A stretch of 64,000 nt of DNA, from positions 39,829-103,828 of the forward strand of contig JBDRLW010000030.1 in assembly GCA_043812655.1 (NCBI GenBank). Reading direction: 5' to 3'. This DNA comes from a bacterium (GTDB taxonomy: Bacteria; Margulisbacteria; WOR-1; O2-12-FULL-45-9; XYB2-FULL-48-7). Of the stretch, positions 28,722 through 37,929 are shown piece by piece. Every line of letters starts with the position of its first letter. The first letter of the stretch is position 1. A program made the translations under genes and the position numbers. The notes below the pieces were generated by a model. The model did no database searches, was not told the origin of the DNA, and saw only the letters and a program-made list of their open reading frames with translations.

Positions 28722-28784
28722 TATTAACACGATAATATAAGTGAAGCCCTAGTCAAATTGCCTGTTGTTTATTGGGAGCAGTAA

Positions 28785-30947
28785 ATGGGGAGAATCGATT
28801 CATTAATTCAATACTTGGGATATAAAGGAGTAAGGCTTTCTCCCGCCGCTAAGCAAGCGCTTACAGAAGGCAAGGAAGTTGAGTGTCTCCTTCAAGGCGA
28901 CGAAGTAAAACTTTCCTCTAAAGCAACCAAACAAACCCACAAGCTCAAGCTTGATGATGGGCTCAACAGTGAAGAAAGGCTTGCCCTTGGCCTCTCCTAC
29001 AACGAAGTTGAAGATAAGGCGGATCAATCTCAATTCGATGAAGCCTCTAAGGCCCAAAAAGACGCTTTTGCTGATATATTAGAAGAAGACGAAGCCGAAA
29101 AGCTGCTTGGCTTGATCAAAGAATATGCCAACGCTAACAGGCTTTCCTTTGAAGAAGCCGCCAAGTGCTTTTTTGCCAAAGAAGCCAGCGCAACTTATAT
29201 TGACTATAAAGAAATTGACAAAAGAAACGCCGAGGTTGAAGCCGCAATAACTCCGCGCCTTCCTGAATTAAAAGAAGCGCCGGCAACTTCTCCCGCCAAA
29301 ACCCTAAAAATTAAAACCGCCAAAGAAGCCACTCGTGCCGCTTTTATTTCACAGCAAACCCCAGAGTTACAGACAGAGATTGGAACAACCTTTTCTTCCC
29401 CTGCGCCGAAAGACTATACCGCTGATCAATTAGTTAGCTGGATGAGAAAACCGCAAGCAATAAAACTAAAAGACTTGCCGGTTGTGGCCGCGCCTGCCTC
29501 CATTACGCCGCCTCCAACCCCACCCCCTGTCGTGACGCTAACACTTGAGAAATATCTGAAAATAGCTGGCGAATGTCAAAAAGCAGGCGACTTTTCTGGG
29601 GCAATTAACGCTTTAAAGCAAGCTCAAGCATCGACCAGGCAAGACTATATAAAGCAGGGGATACAGGCAAGGATTGAAAAAATAGAACTTTTACCTCTAG
29701 CAGAAGAAGGAAAAACAATTGTTTTTGAACTTACAAACACGCTTATTATTCAAGAGGCTCCTCTCCTGGCCCATTATGAGAACTCAATTAAAGGGTTTAA
29801 CTTAACCCCTTCAAACAAAGAAGAATATATGATTCTATTATCTGAAGCGCGCAAGGCTATTACGGCCCATAAAGAAGGCTTTGTCGCCGCATCCATAAGA
29901 AAAGAAGCTGTTCAATTGTTGGCTGAAGGCCATTACGAACCCGCCATAAAATCGTTTGAGTCTATTCCTGTTAAACAAAGGAATATTAATGACTGGTTAG
30001 GGCTCGGTAAATGCTACGAAAAGTTGGGCGACGACGAGAAGGCGATCGCTGTTTATCGCCAAGGAATTGGCTTGCAAGCCGACCCTACAGGCAAGGCCAT
30101 TTTAGAACAAAACATTGCACGACGCTCATCTACCGACTTACCACCCCCACCCCTAATAGAAACAGAAGAACCCCCAATAAAATATGAAACAAAAAAGTTC
30201 GTTGTTACGGTTCCCTCAACAAAAGGCGAGTTTGTTGGGCCCCCTATACTTATTCCCCCTATCAAAACAGACTGGTTTACAAGAAACCCAGCTTTAACGT
30301 CCGCCTCCCCACGTCAAGCTGGCGCCCTTCCCGACACTGGCTGGATTGCCTGGCCTAATACATTGCCGCAAGCGCCAAAAGACACTCTATCAAACCTAAG
30401 AGGAGCTCCTTCCCCCGCACTTGTCGTTTCCGATATAGAAGCAAGATTGTTTACTAGCGGAAGAACAAGCCGCCCCTTCCTTGGGGTTCGCGAAAAAACA
30501 ACCGCTCCTTCAACCAAACCTAAGGGTTCTTTACCCCCAACCAGCCTTTCTTTTTCTTCCGCGTCAAAAACCAGCAAAGCAGCCCTAGCGCTTATCGACC
30601 CTGATATTGATAATGTTCTTTCTCGCTATTCACACAAAAAAACAAATCTTTCATTAATCATTCGTTTTTATTCTGACAACGCAAAAAACAATAGGAAGAT
30701 CATTGGCCTTGAGTTTGCCATCAAAGATGCGGGTTCTTTATCCGCGGATGAACAACAGAACATCTTAGACGCGTTGAACAAGAGAGCAACAGAACGGCTT
30801 TCTGAGTTAAATTCTAAAATAAACGGCGACGCCTTATTCTTTAAAATTAAAGATAATAACCTTGGCCTTATTTTTTCTGGCGTAAAAAGGATAGACAAAA
30901 GCTATCAATTAACCGGTGATCAGATGATCTTAACTTCTCGAAAATAA
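28785..30947 (+). CDS. hypothetical 720-aa protein with a central TPR-like segment and Pro-rich linkers
   Basis: Long ORF. TPR-like …WLGLGKCYEKLGDDEKAIAVYRQGIGLQ… No signal peptide. Confidence 0.6.
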   Translation: MGRIDSLIQYLGYKGVRLSPAAKQALTEGKEVECLLQGDEVKLSSKATKQTHKLKLDDGLNSEERLALGLSYNEVEDKADQSQFDEASKAQKDAFADILEEDEAEKLLGLIKEYANANRLSFEEAAKCFFAKEASATYIDYKEIDKRNAEVEAAITPRLPELKEAPATSPAKTLKIKTAKEATRAAFISQQTPELQTEIGTTFSSPAPKDYTADQLVSWMRKPQAIKLKDLPVVAAPASITPPPTPPPVVTLTLEKYLKIAGECQKAGDFSGAINALKQAQASTRQDYIKQGIQARIEKIELLPLAEEGKTIVFELTNTLIIQEAPLLAHYENSIKGFNLTPSNKEEYMILLSEARKAITAHKEGFVAASIRKEAVQLLAEGHYEPAIKSFESIPVKQRNINDWLGLGKCYEKLGDDEKAIAVYRQGIGLQADPTGKAILEQNIARRSSTDLPPPPLIETEEPPIKYETKKFVVTVPSTKGEFVGPPILIPPIKTDWFTRNPALTSASPRQAGALPDTGWIAWPNTLPQAPKDTLSNLRGAPSPALVVSDIEARLFTSGRTSRPFLGVREKTTAPSTKPKGSLPPTSLSFSSASKTSKAALALIDPDIDNVLSRYSHKKTNLSLIIRFYSDNAKNNRKIIGLEFAIKDAGSLSADEQQNILDALNKRATERLSELNSKINGDALFFKIKDNNLGLIFSGVKRIDKSYQLTGDQMILTSRK

Positions 30948-31032
30948 TTTTTGTCACAGCCTTTTTCTTCGTTTGCTTCATTAATTAGCGCCCTTTCTAC
31001 GCCTGTGCTTGTTGTGTTATAATTAGACAATC

Positions 31033-32130
31033 ATGCCCGGCCAATTCTTTAACATTACCCGGCAAAATCAAGCCTTGGAAGCAGAGATCAACGAGGCAAT
31101 AAATAAAGTTGTCAAATCCGGCCACTACATCTTAGGCGAAAACGTTGCTGCGCTGGAAAAAGAGTTTGCCGCGGAAAACAAAACCAAATTAGCCATCGGA
31201 GTTGCTTCCGGGACCGACGCCCTCCATCTGGCATTATTGGCTTGCGGCGTAAAGGAAGGCGATGAAGTCATTACTTCGCCCTTCACTTTTGTCGCCACCG
31301 CCGAAGCGATCGTTTATTGCGGGGCCAAACCCGTCTTCGCGGATATCGACCCTAAAACCTTTAATATAGACGCTAGCCAGATAGGCGCTAGGGTGACGGG
31401 AAAAACGAAAGCCATTCTACCTGTTCATCTCTTCGGACAAGCCTGTGAGATGGATAAGATCATGGCGATCGCCAAACAGCACAACTTAAAAGTCGTCGAA
31501 GATTGCGCCCAGGCGTTTGGCGCGGAATTTAACGGCCAACCAGTCGGGAGCTTTGGCGATGCCGGCGCCCATTCTTTTTTTCCAACGAAAAACCTTGGCT
31601 GCTTTGGTGATGGCGGAATGATCTCGACTAATGATGAAGCCTTAGCCAATGAATTAAAGGTTTTGCGCGCCCACGGCAGCCGCCAAACCTATCACCACGA
31701 TATTATCGGCTTTAACAGCCGCCTCGATGAACTACAAGCGGCGATCTTGAGGATCAAGCTTCCTCATGTTAAAGATTATATTGCCGCCCGCCGGAAAAAC
31801 GCGGCCGCTTATTTTGCCCAGCTGAAAAACTTAGCCGGAGCGACGCCGCCCTTTGAACATCCGTCGGGAAAACATACTTATAACCAGTTTACCCTCCGGT
31901 CCGCGAATCGCGATAATGTCGTAGCGGCGTTAAAGGGGCAAAACATCGGCGCAATGATCTATTACCCGCTCTCTCTTCACTTACAAAAAGCTTTTGATTG
32001 TCTGGGCTACAAAAAGGGCGATTTTCCTGTCGCCGAAGCCGCCCAGACTGAAGTTTTTTCTCTCCCAGTTTATCCTGAATTAAAACCCGAAGAACTTTCA
32101 ACTGTTTGCGGTGCCCTACTTTCATGTTAA
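31033..32130 (+). CDS. DegT/DnrJ/EryC1-family PLP sugar aminotransferase (candidate GnnB, UDP-3-keto-GlcNAc transaminase)
   Basis: …ASGTDALHLAL…SFFPTKNLGCFGDGGMI… (the Lys in FPTKNLG is the PLP lysine region). Adjacent to a Gfo/Idh/MocA oxidoreductase, 2.3 kb downstream of lpxA-lpxB. Confidence 0.8.
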   Translation: MPGQFFNITRQNQALEAEINEAINKVVKSGHYILGENVAALEKEFAAENKTKLAIGVASGTDALHLALLACGVKEGDEVITSPFTFVATAEAIVYCGAKPVFADIDPKTFNIDASQIGARVTGKTKAILPVHLFGQACEMDKIMAIAKQHNLKVVEDCAQAFGAEFNGQPVGSFGDAGAHSFFPTKNLGCFGDGGMISTNDEALANELKVLRAHGSRQTYHHDIIGFNSRLDELQAAILRIKLPHVKDYIAARRKNAAAYFAQLKNLAGATPPFEHPSGKHTYNQFTLRSANRDNVVAALKGQNIGAMIYYPLSLHLQKAFDCLGYKKGDFPVAEAAQTEVFSLPVYPELKPEELSTVCGALLSC

Positions 32131-33041
32131 AAGGTTCTGGCCTTAAATTTGGCCTGATCGGTGCCGGCTCAATGGGCAAAAATCATGCTCGCATCGCCGC
32201 CTCACTCCCTGGGCTCCGCTTTGTTGGCGTGGCCGATGCTAATCTTGAAACAGCCAAGGCGATGGGCGAAGAATATGGGATCAAGTCTTTTGCCAATTTT
32301 CATGAACTTCTTCCCGAAGTTGACGCTCTTTCCATCGTCACGCCGGCGGCAGCGCACTTTGAAGTCGCTTCAGCTTGTATAGCAGCCGGAAAACATTTAT
32401 TAATTGAAAAACCCTTTACCGGCGCTTCGTCTTTGGCCAGAACCCTTGTCCATCAAGCCAAAGAAAAGAATGTACTTGTTCAGGTCGGAATGATCGAACG
32501 GTTTAACCCCGCGTTTGTTCGCTTGGTAAAAGAAATTAAAGGCGAAAAGATTATAGGCGTTGATCTTAAGCGGTTTTCTCCTTTTCCAGAAAGGATCTCT
32601 GATGCCAACGTTATTTTTGACATGATGTTTCATGACCTTGACCTGCTCCTCGCCCTTCTTCCCGGCGAGATCGAAGCGGTCAAGGCCAAAGGAGAAAAGA
32701 TCCGGACCAAAAAACTTGACCGCGTGGTGGCAACGGTAACCTATAAGACAGGAACGATCGCTCGCATCGACGCCAATCGCGTTTTTGATTCCAAGGTGAG
32801 GAAGCTTGCGGTCACTACGGATAAGTCTTTTATCGAGGCGGACCTGCTAGCCAAAACTGTTTACATCCGGGACTTTTCTTCCCCTACCCCCAGCGCCTTG
32901 CCAGTTAAGCCTGTTGACCAATTGACCGAGGAGCTCAAGTCTTTTTCTTTAGCAGTTAAAAATCAAACCCCTCCGCCGGTTACCGCCGAAGGGGCGCTTA
33001 ATGTTATAATGCTAGCGGAAGAAATAGAAAAAGCATGTTAA
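32124..33041 (+). CDS. Gfo/Idh/MocA-family NAD-dependent oxidoreductase (candidate GnnA, UDP-GlcNAc 3-dehydrogenase)
   Basis: GLIGAGSMGKNHA Rossmann motif and EKP motif. Overlaps the DegT stop, which suggests an operon. Confidence 0.78.
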   Translation: MLKGSGLKFGLIGAGSMGKNHARIAASLPGLRFVGVADANLETAKAMGEEYGIKSFANFHELLPEVDALSIVTPAAAHFEVASACIAAGKHLLIEKPFTGASSLARTLVHQAKEKNVLVQVGMIERFNPAFVRLVKEIKGEKIIGVDLKRFSPFPERISDANVIFDMMFHDLDLLLALLPGEIEAVKAKGEKIRTKKLDRVVATVTYKTGTIARIDANRVFDSKVRKLAVTTDKSFIEADLLAKTVYIRDFSSPTPSALPVKPVDQLTEELKSFSLAVKNQTPPPVTAEGALNVIMLAEEIEKAC

Positions 33042-34078
33042 TTAGCATCTTATCTTTTGCCGTTGTTTTCACGATCATTGCCGTCACCCATGAATTGGGC
33101 CACCTTATCTATTCAAAGCGGAACGGCATCCGCGTCCACGAATTTGGCCTTGGCTTTGGCCCTCGTCTTTTTGCTCACACATATAAAGGGACCATCTATT
33201 CCCTTAACTTGATCCCTATCCTGGCGTTTGTTCGGATAGCTGGCGAGTCGGACGACAAAGATGATGTTGATTGCCCTCTAAGCGAGAGTTATATTTCCAA
33301 AACACCGTGGCAAAAGTTCCAAGCGATCGCCGCCGGGCCGTTTTTAAATATTATTGCCGCCATGCTTATCCTTTCTGCTCTTTTTCTTGTTACTGGAATT
33401 CCCGCCGGCCTATCAAATGAGATCGGCATAGTCAGCAAGGACTCCCCCGCCGATTTAGCCGGCCTTAAGTCTGGTGATAAATTATTGGCGATCAACGGCC
33501 AAGCCTTTCCTAAGATGGAAGAAGCGATAAGTTTTATTCATAAAAGCGGCGGGAAGAAGCTCTCTCTCTCAATTGAAAGGGCGGGTAAAAATTTTTCCGT
33601 TTACGCTGTTCCCAAATATAATGAAAAAATGAAGGTTTCTCTCTTAGGGTTTACCGCTAACGCGGTTTATAAGCGGGTTAACCCCCTCTCCGCCATTTAT
33701 CATGGAATAACCCAGGCCTTATCAATGGTTGCCATGACCATTTTTATTGTGTGGCGCCTCTTTACGGGAGGGGTTTCCTTGTCTGATATCGCTGGCCCGA
33801 TCGGGATAGCTCAAATCACCGGGAAATATGCCCAAACAGGACTTGTTTCTTTGTTGTATTTTACGGCTTTTATCAGTGCCAATATTGGAGTAATTAACTT
33901 GCTTCCCCTGCCAGCGCTAGACGGGGGCCGCCTTGTTTTTGTCTTGCTCGAGGTTATTCGTCGTAAGCCACTTAGCCCTCAGCTAGAAATGAAGATCAAT
34001 CAATGGGGAATGCTTTTTCTTCTTGCTTTAATGGCCCTCGTCTCATTTAATGATATCCTTCGTCTCTTTAAACACTAG
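33035..34078 (+). CDS. rseP: RIP site-2 zinc metalloprotease
   Basis: HELGHL zinc motif in TM1, a PDZ segment, and the LLPLPALDGG C-terminal motif. Confidence 0.85.
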   Translation: MLISILSFAVVFTIIAVTHELGHLIYSKRNGIRVHEFGLGFGPRLFAHTYKGTIYSLNLIPILAFVRIAGESDDKDDVDCPLSESYISKTPWQKFQAIAAGPFLNIIAAMLILSALFLVTGIPAGLSNEIGIVSKDSPADLAGLKSGDKLLAINGQAFPKMEEAISFIHKSGGKKLSLSIERAGKNFSVYAVPKYNEKMKVSLLGFTANAVYKRVNPLSAIYHGITQALSMVAMTIFIVWRLFTGGVSLSDIAGPIGIAQITGKYAQTGLVSLLYFTAFISANIGVINLLPLPALDGGRLVFVLLEVIRRKPLSPQLEMKINQWGMLFLLALMALVSFNDILRLFKH

Positions 34079-34926
34079 CTTCTCTCTTTGCCCCTGGCTG
34101 CCTTTACTGTGTTCTTTAAGAGCATTGCTATTGTCATCGGCCCAACTCCGCCTGGGACCGGAGTAATATAAGCCACTTTTTCTTTGGCTTCATCAAAGGC
34201 TACATCTCCTACTAGTTTTGTTCCGCGGTTCATGCCAACGTCAATTACAATGGCCCCCTCCTTGATCATGTTTCCTTTTATCATTTCGGGTTTGCCAATT
34301 GCCGCCACTAAAATATCGGCCCTTCTAGTAACCTCTCCCAAATCCTTGGTTTTTGAGTGACAAACAGTAACGGTCGCTTGGTTTTGTAAAAGCAGGATCG
34401 CCATTGGCTTGCCGACTATGTTGCTTCTTCCAACAACTACGGCTTCTTTGCCGCAAATATCTACCCCTGTGGACAAAATTAGCTCAATACAGCCCTGGGG
34501 CGTACAAGGAATGAACGGGGGTTCCTCTCCCTTTAGCAGTTTTCCCATGTTCATTGGGTGTAAACCATCAACATCCTTGTTTGGCGCGATCTCATTCAGC
34601 ACCCGTCTTTCATCCAGTCCCTTTGGCAGTGGCAACTGAACCAATATCCCGTCAATCGAATCATCACCATTAAGCTTTTTTATTGTTCCAATCAGCTCGC
34701 TTTCCTTGATTGACAAGGGAAGCCGGAGGGTCTCCGACGCTATGCCAATTTCAGCGCAAGCCCTTTCTTTGTTTCTTACATAGACCTGTGAGGCCGGGTC
34801 CTCGCCTACCAAAACGACAACCAACCTTGGCGTCTTCTTCCCGGCCTTGGCCAACGAGGCCACCTCTTCCTTTATCCCTTGTCTTATCTTTTCTGCCAAA
34901 CCCTTACCATCAATTATTTTTACCAT
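34075..34926 (-). CDS. folD: bifunctional methylene-THF dehydrogenase/cyclohydrolase
   Basis: …YVRNKERACAEIGI… and GRSNIVGKPMA motifs. Confidence 0.9.
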   Translation of the reverse strand: MVKIIDGKGLAEKIRQGIKEEVASLAKAGKKTPRLVVVLVGEDPASQVYVRNKERACAEIGIASETLRLPLSIKESELIGTIKKLNGDDSIDGILVQLPLPKGLDERRVLNEIAPNKDVDGLHPMNMGKLLKGEEPPFIPCTPQGCIELILSTGVDICGKEAVVVGRSNIVGKPMAILLLQNQATVTVCHSKTKDLGEVTRRADILVAAIGKPEMIKGNMIKEGAIVIDVGMNRGTKLVGDVAFDEAKEKVAYITPVPGGVGPMTIAMLLKNTVKAARGKERS

Positions 34927-34929
34927 AAC

Positions 34930-34951
34930 TTATCCACACTCCTTATCCACA
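34930..34951. promoter_or_regulatory. two perfect consensus DnaA boxes (TTATCCACA) in direct repeat, 4 nt apart
   Basis: TTATCCACA at 34930-34938 and 34943-34951, beginning 4 nt upstream of the folD start and overlapping its SD region. Confidence 0.5.
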
Positions 34952-34960
34952 GGCTTATGT

Positions 34961-36298
34961 CTATTTGCCAACACAGAACCGGCTAAAAATTGATTCAATT
35001 ACTTCAACCGAAACCGCCTCGCCGCTGATTTCTCCGAGCGCTATTATAGCAGAATGTAGCTCGATCGCAATAAGATCAATGGGTAGCTTTTTCGCAATTG
35101 CTTCGAGCCCCTTCTCCAACGCTTCCTTGCTCCTAATTAAACATTCCTTATGTCGCTCATTAATAGCAACTCCATCGATCAATTTATCCTGCCTCCCGTT
35201 CATTGCCAACATATAAATTTCTTCTTTTAGTTTCTCTATTCCCTCCCCGGTCTTTGCTGAAATCAAGATAAAGCCGGGCTTATCTGGATCATTAATTAAA
35301 TCAATTTTATTGAGAACCTTAATCTTCTTTTTACAGGCCGCGACATTAATCTCCTCGTTGGCCTCATTTGGGCCCGTGGTTGCGTCGTAGACCATTAAAG
35401 CTATCTCAGCAATGTCTGCGGCTAGCCTCGCTCTTTCTATCCCGATTTTTTCCGCTTCATCATTAGGGTGACGAATTCCTGCTGTATCAATAATTATAAA
35501 GGGTAGGCCGTTGATGATTATTGTTTCTTCGATCGTGTCCCTGGTTGTCCCCGGCGTTTGGGTGACGATCGCGCGTTCTTCCCCAAGCAGGGCATTAAGC
35601 AGGCTTGATTTTCCAACGTTCGGCTTGCCTATTATTGCCAGCCGAAGCCCTTCCCTAAGAACCTTCCCCTCTTCCGCGGTTTGAATTATTTTATCAATTT
35701 CATTTATCCCTTCGTTGATCGCTTTCTTTGCTTGCTCTTGCCCTCTGTCGTTTACGTCATCGGGAAAATCTATTCCCGCCTCTATCTCTGTCGCTAATCC
35801 GACCAACCGCCCCCTGACCTCTCCTATCTTTTTTCCTAGCCTTCCCTCAAGTTGCGCCATTGCGGCGTTTTTTGCTTTTATGCTTTTAGCTGAAACAATG
35901 TCAACCACCGCCTCTGCCTTCGATAGGTCGATCTTTCCGTTTAAAAAAGCCCTCTTTGTAAACTCGCCGTTCTTTGCTAATCTTGCCCCAGCGGTTATTA
36001 AAATATTTAGCACTTCTTCTGCAACGATTTTCCCCCCATGACAAGATATCTCGACGGTATTTTCACCAGTGTAACTATTTGGGGCGGCTAAGAAATAAGC
36101 TAGGGTCTCGTCAATTTTTGTTGGTTTATCAGCGTTTTTTATCCAGCCGTGGACAACTTTATGAGAGGTTTTCAGTTCTTCAGAAAAAATCTTGTTAAAT
36201 ATCGTTAACGACCTTGGCCCGCTCATTCTTATTGAGGACACCCCTCCAACACCACAAGGCGAAGTTATCGCAACAATCGTATCATCATGAATGTCCAT
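34961..36298 (-). CDS. mnmE: tRNA modification GTPase
   Basis: GKPNVGKSSLLNAL G1 motif and C-terminal CIGK. The 15-codon upstream extension in the ORF track is made of the CACGTG palindromes, so the start is placed at MDIHDD…. Confidence 0.9.
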   Translation of the reverse strand: MDIHDDTIVAITSPCGVGGVSSIRMSGPRSLTIFNKIFSEELKTSHKVVHGWIKNADKPTKIDETLAYFLAAPNSYTGENTVEISCHGGKIVAEEVLNILITAGARLAKNGEFTKRAFLNGKIDLSKAEAVVDIVSAKSIKAKNAAMAQLEGRLGKKIGEVRGRLVGLATEIEAGIDFPDDVNDRGQEQAKKAINEGINEIDKIIQTAEEGKVLREGLRLAIIGKPNVGKSSLLNALLGEERAIVTQTPGTTRDTIEETIIINGLPFIIIDTAGIRHPNDEAEKIGIERARLAADIAEIALMVYDATTGPNEANEEINVAACKKKIKVLNKIDLINDPDKPGFILISAKTGEGIEKLKEEIYMLAMNGRQDKLIDGVAINERHKECLIRSKEALEKGLEAIAKKLPIDLIAIELHSAIIALGEISGEAVSVEVIESIFSRFCVGK

Positions 36299-36300
36299 AA

Positions 36301-36342
36301 ATGTTTCACGTGGAACATTGTTTAATTGTTTCACGTGAAACA
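36301..36342. promoter_or_regulatory. tandem CACGTG-centred palindromes (ATGTTTCACGTGGAACAT and TGTTTCACGTGAAACA) immediately upstream of mnmE
   Basis: An 18-mer with one asymmetric position and a perfect 16-mer, 8 nt apart. Related copies lie at 36410-36427 and 37711-37726. Confidence 0.55.
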
Positions 36343-36360
36343 TTCTATGCCTCCATTAGT

Positions 36361-36397
36361 CTAACTAAAACATACCCCACAATTGCTTGTGGGGTAT
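36361..36397 (-). terminator. putative rho-independent terminator after jag (stem ATACCCCAC/GTGGGGTAT, then GTTTTAGTT on the minus strand)
   Basis: 9-bp perfect stem with an 8-nt loop and a T-rich tail in the transcribed orientation. Confidence 0.5.
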
Positions 36398-36409
36398 AGG
36401 CTAAATAAT

Positions 36410-36427
36410 ATGTTCCACGTGGAACAT
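36410..36427. promoter_or_regulatory. perfect 18-bp palindrome ATGTTCCACGTGGAACAT
   Basis: Lies between the jag stop and the terminator hairpin. Confidence 0.55.
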
Positions 36428-36432
36428 TGTTT

Positions 36433-37050
36433 TTACTTAGGAGAAATTACGATCCTTCGATCTTTCCCCTCTCCCCTACTCTCTGTTTTTATGTTTGGGT
36501 TTTCTGCTAATGCAAGGTGTATCATTCTTCTGTCCGCCGGCTCCATATATGGCAACACCTTTTCTGTCTTTGTTGATTCAACCTCTTCAGCAACCTCCTT
36601 GGCAAGCTTGCTTAGAACTTGTTCTCTTTTTTCCTTATATCCTCCAGCATCAATGCTTACCCTTGTCCTTCTCCCCATTATTTTGGAAACAATTGAGCTA
36701 ACAATAATTTCCAGGGCTTTTAACATAGCCCCCTCTTTACCAATGATCCTTCCCATGTCCTCCCCTTTTACGTCTAGAATTATTGTTTCTCCGTTAAGCT
36801 TCCCTTCCGCCGCCGCCAATAACCCCATTTTATCTAATATGTTTTGCAGCACCTCTCTCGCCTCTTCCGCCTCTCCGCTCTTTACAAAAACTTCAACCTC
36901 TGATTCTTCTCCACCCAAAATCCCCATAACTGCCGGCTTCCCTTCATTAATAACTTTTACCTCTATCTGCTCCTCTCCCACCCCAAGAACCTCAATCGCT
37001 GCCTTTTTTGCTTCCTCAACCGAGCGGCCTTTCATTTTCACGCTTTTCAT
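36433..37050 (-). CDS. jag: Jag/KhpB-type RNA-binding protein (KH plus R3H)
   Basis: C-terminal R3H (…DRRIVISPK) and KH-like middle. Start placed at MKSVKMKG, which has a GGAAGGA RBS and overlaps the yidC stop. Confidence 0.8.
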   Translation of the reverse strand: MKSVKMKGRSVEEAKKAAIEVLGVGEEQIEVKVINEGKPAVMGILGGEESEVEVFVKSGEAEEAREVLQNILDKMGLLAAAEGKLNGETIILDVKGEDMGRIIGKEGAMLKALEIIVSSIVSKIMGRRTRVSIDAGGYKEKREQVLSKLAKEVAEEVESTKTEKVLPYMEPADRRMIHLALAENPNIKTESRGEGKDRRIVISPK

Positions 37051-37688
37051 TATTTCCTTCCTCCTACTTTCTGTGACATTATATATGATTGTTGTGCCCA
37101 ACCCATTAGGTTTGATATTATCCAGTATAGTTGCACCCCAGCCGCAAAGTTATAACTAATAAATGTAATAAAAATTGGCATGAACATCAACATTGTCTGG
37201 TTCTGCCCCGGCGTAGTTGGCATCGACTTTTGCGATAACCACGTTGTAACACCGATTAGAACCGGTAAAATATAAAATGGGTCGTGTACGGCTATGCTGT
37301 TTATCCATCCAGGAATAAAAGATGCATTGTTCCCAATTAATGATATAAACTCCTTGCTTTGTAATGTCCAAAATAGAGCCAAAAAAAACGGTATCTTTAA
37401 CAGGACCGGAAGACACCCCCCCAACGGGTTAACTTTTTCAACCTTATAAAGATCCATCATCTCTTTTTGCAGTTTTGAGGGGTCGTCCTTGTGTTTTTCC
37501 TGTAACTCCTTAAGCCTTGGCTGAACTCTTTGCATTGCGTGCATTTGCTGCATTGACGACAACGTGAGAGGATAAAGAGCAAGATTAACCGCTATTGTTA
37601 ACCAAATTATAGCCAAGCCATAATTATGGCCACCAATAGCGTAAAAAAACTTCAGAACTTCTAAAAATATGCCCGTTACTGTTTCCAC
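37050..37688 (-). CDS. yidC: membrane protein insertase YidC (short form)
   Basis: Five TM segments; conserved …QQMHAMQRVQPRLKELQEKHKDD…PLGGCLP… GTG start with AAGGAGGG SD. Confidence 0.85.
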   Translation of the reverse strand: METVTGIFLEVLKFFYAIGGHNYGLAIIWLTIAVNLALYPLTLSSMQQMHAMQRVQPRLKELQEKHKDDPSKLQKEMMDLYKVEKVNPLGGCLPVLLKIPFFLALFWTLQSKEFISLIGNNASFIPGWINSIAVHDPFYILPVLIGVTTWLSQKSMPTTPGQNQTMLMFMPIFITFISYNFAAGVQLYWIISNLMGWAQQSYIMSQKVGGRK

Positions 37689-37710
37689 TTAACCCTCCTT
37701 TTAACAAAAT

Positions 37711-37726
37711 TGTTTCACGTGGAACA
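37711..37726. promoter_or_regulatory. palindrome TGTTTCACGTGGAACA 22-38 nt upstream of the yidC start
   Basis: Fourth member of the CACGTG palindrome family. Confidence 0.5.
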
Positions 37727-37728
37727 TT

Positions 37729-37929
37729 TTATTTTACTGGATCATACCCGCCTGGAAATAATTGATTACACGTTATTAGGCGTTTTAACGACAAATACAG
37801 CCCCTTAAGGCTCCCGTATTTATCAATTGCTTCAATTGCGTAGTCAGAACAGCTCGGATAATAGCGACAACAAGGCTTTTTTATATAAACGCTTATTTTT
37901 TTGTATAATATTAGGAAATATTTAAGCAT
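37729..37929 (-). CDS. yidD: membrane protein insertion efficiency factor YidD
   Basis: …[15 protein letters not shown]…GYDPV… is the conserved YidD signature. Confidence 0.85.
   Translation of the reverse strand: MLKYFLILYKKISVYIKKPCCRYYPSCSDYAIEAIDKYGSLKGLYLSLKRLITCNQLFPGGYDPVK

Noticed and set aside
36299-36343. N-terminal extension of MnmE (MFHVKQLNNVPRETF) in the ORF track
   Set aside because: These 45 nt are the two CACGTG palindromes (ATGTTTCACGTG…). The conserved MnmE N-terminus begins at MDIHDDTIVAI, so the extension is a start-codon artefact.
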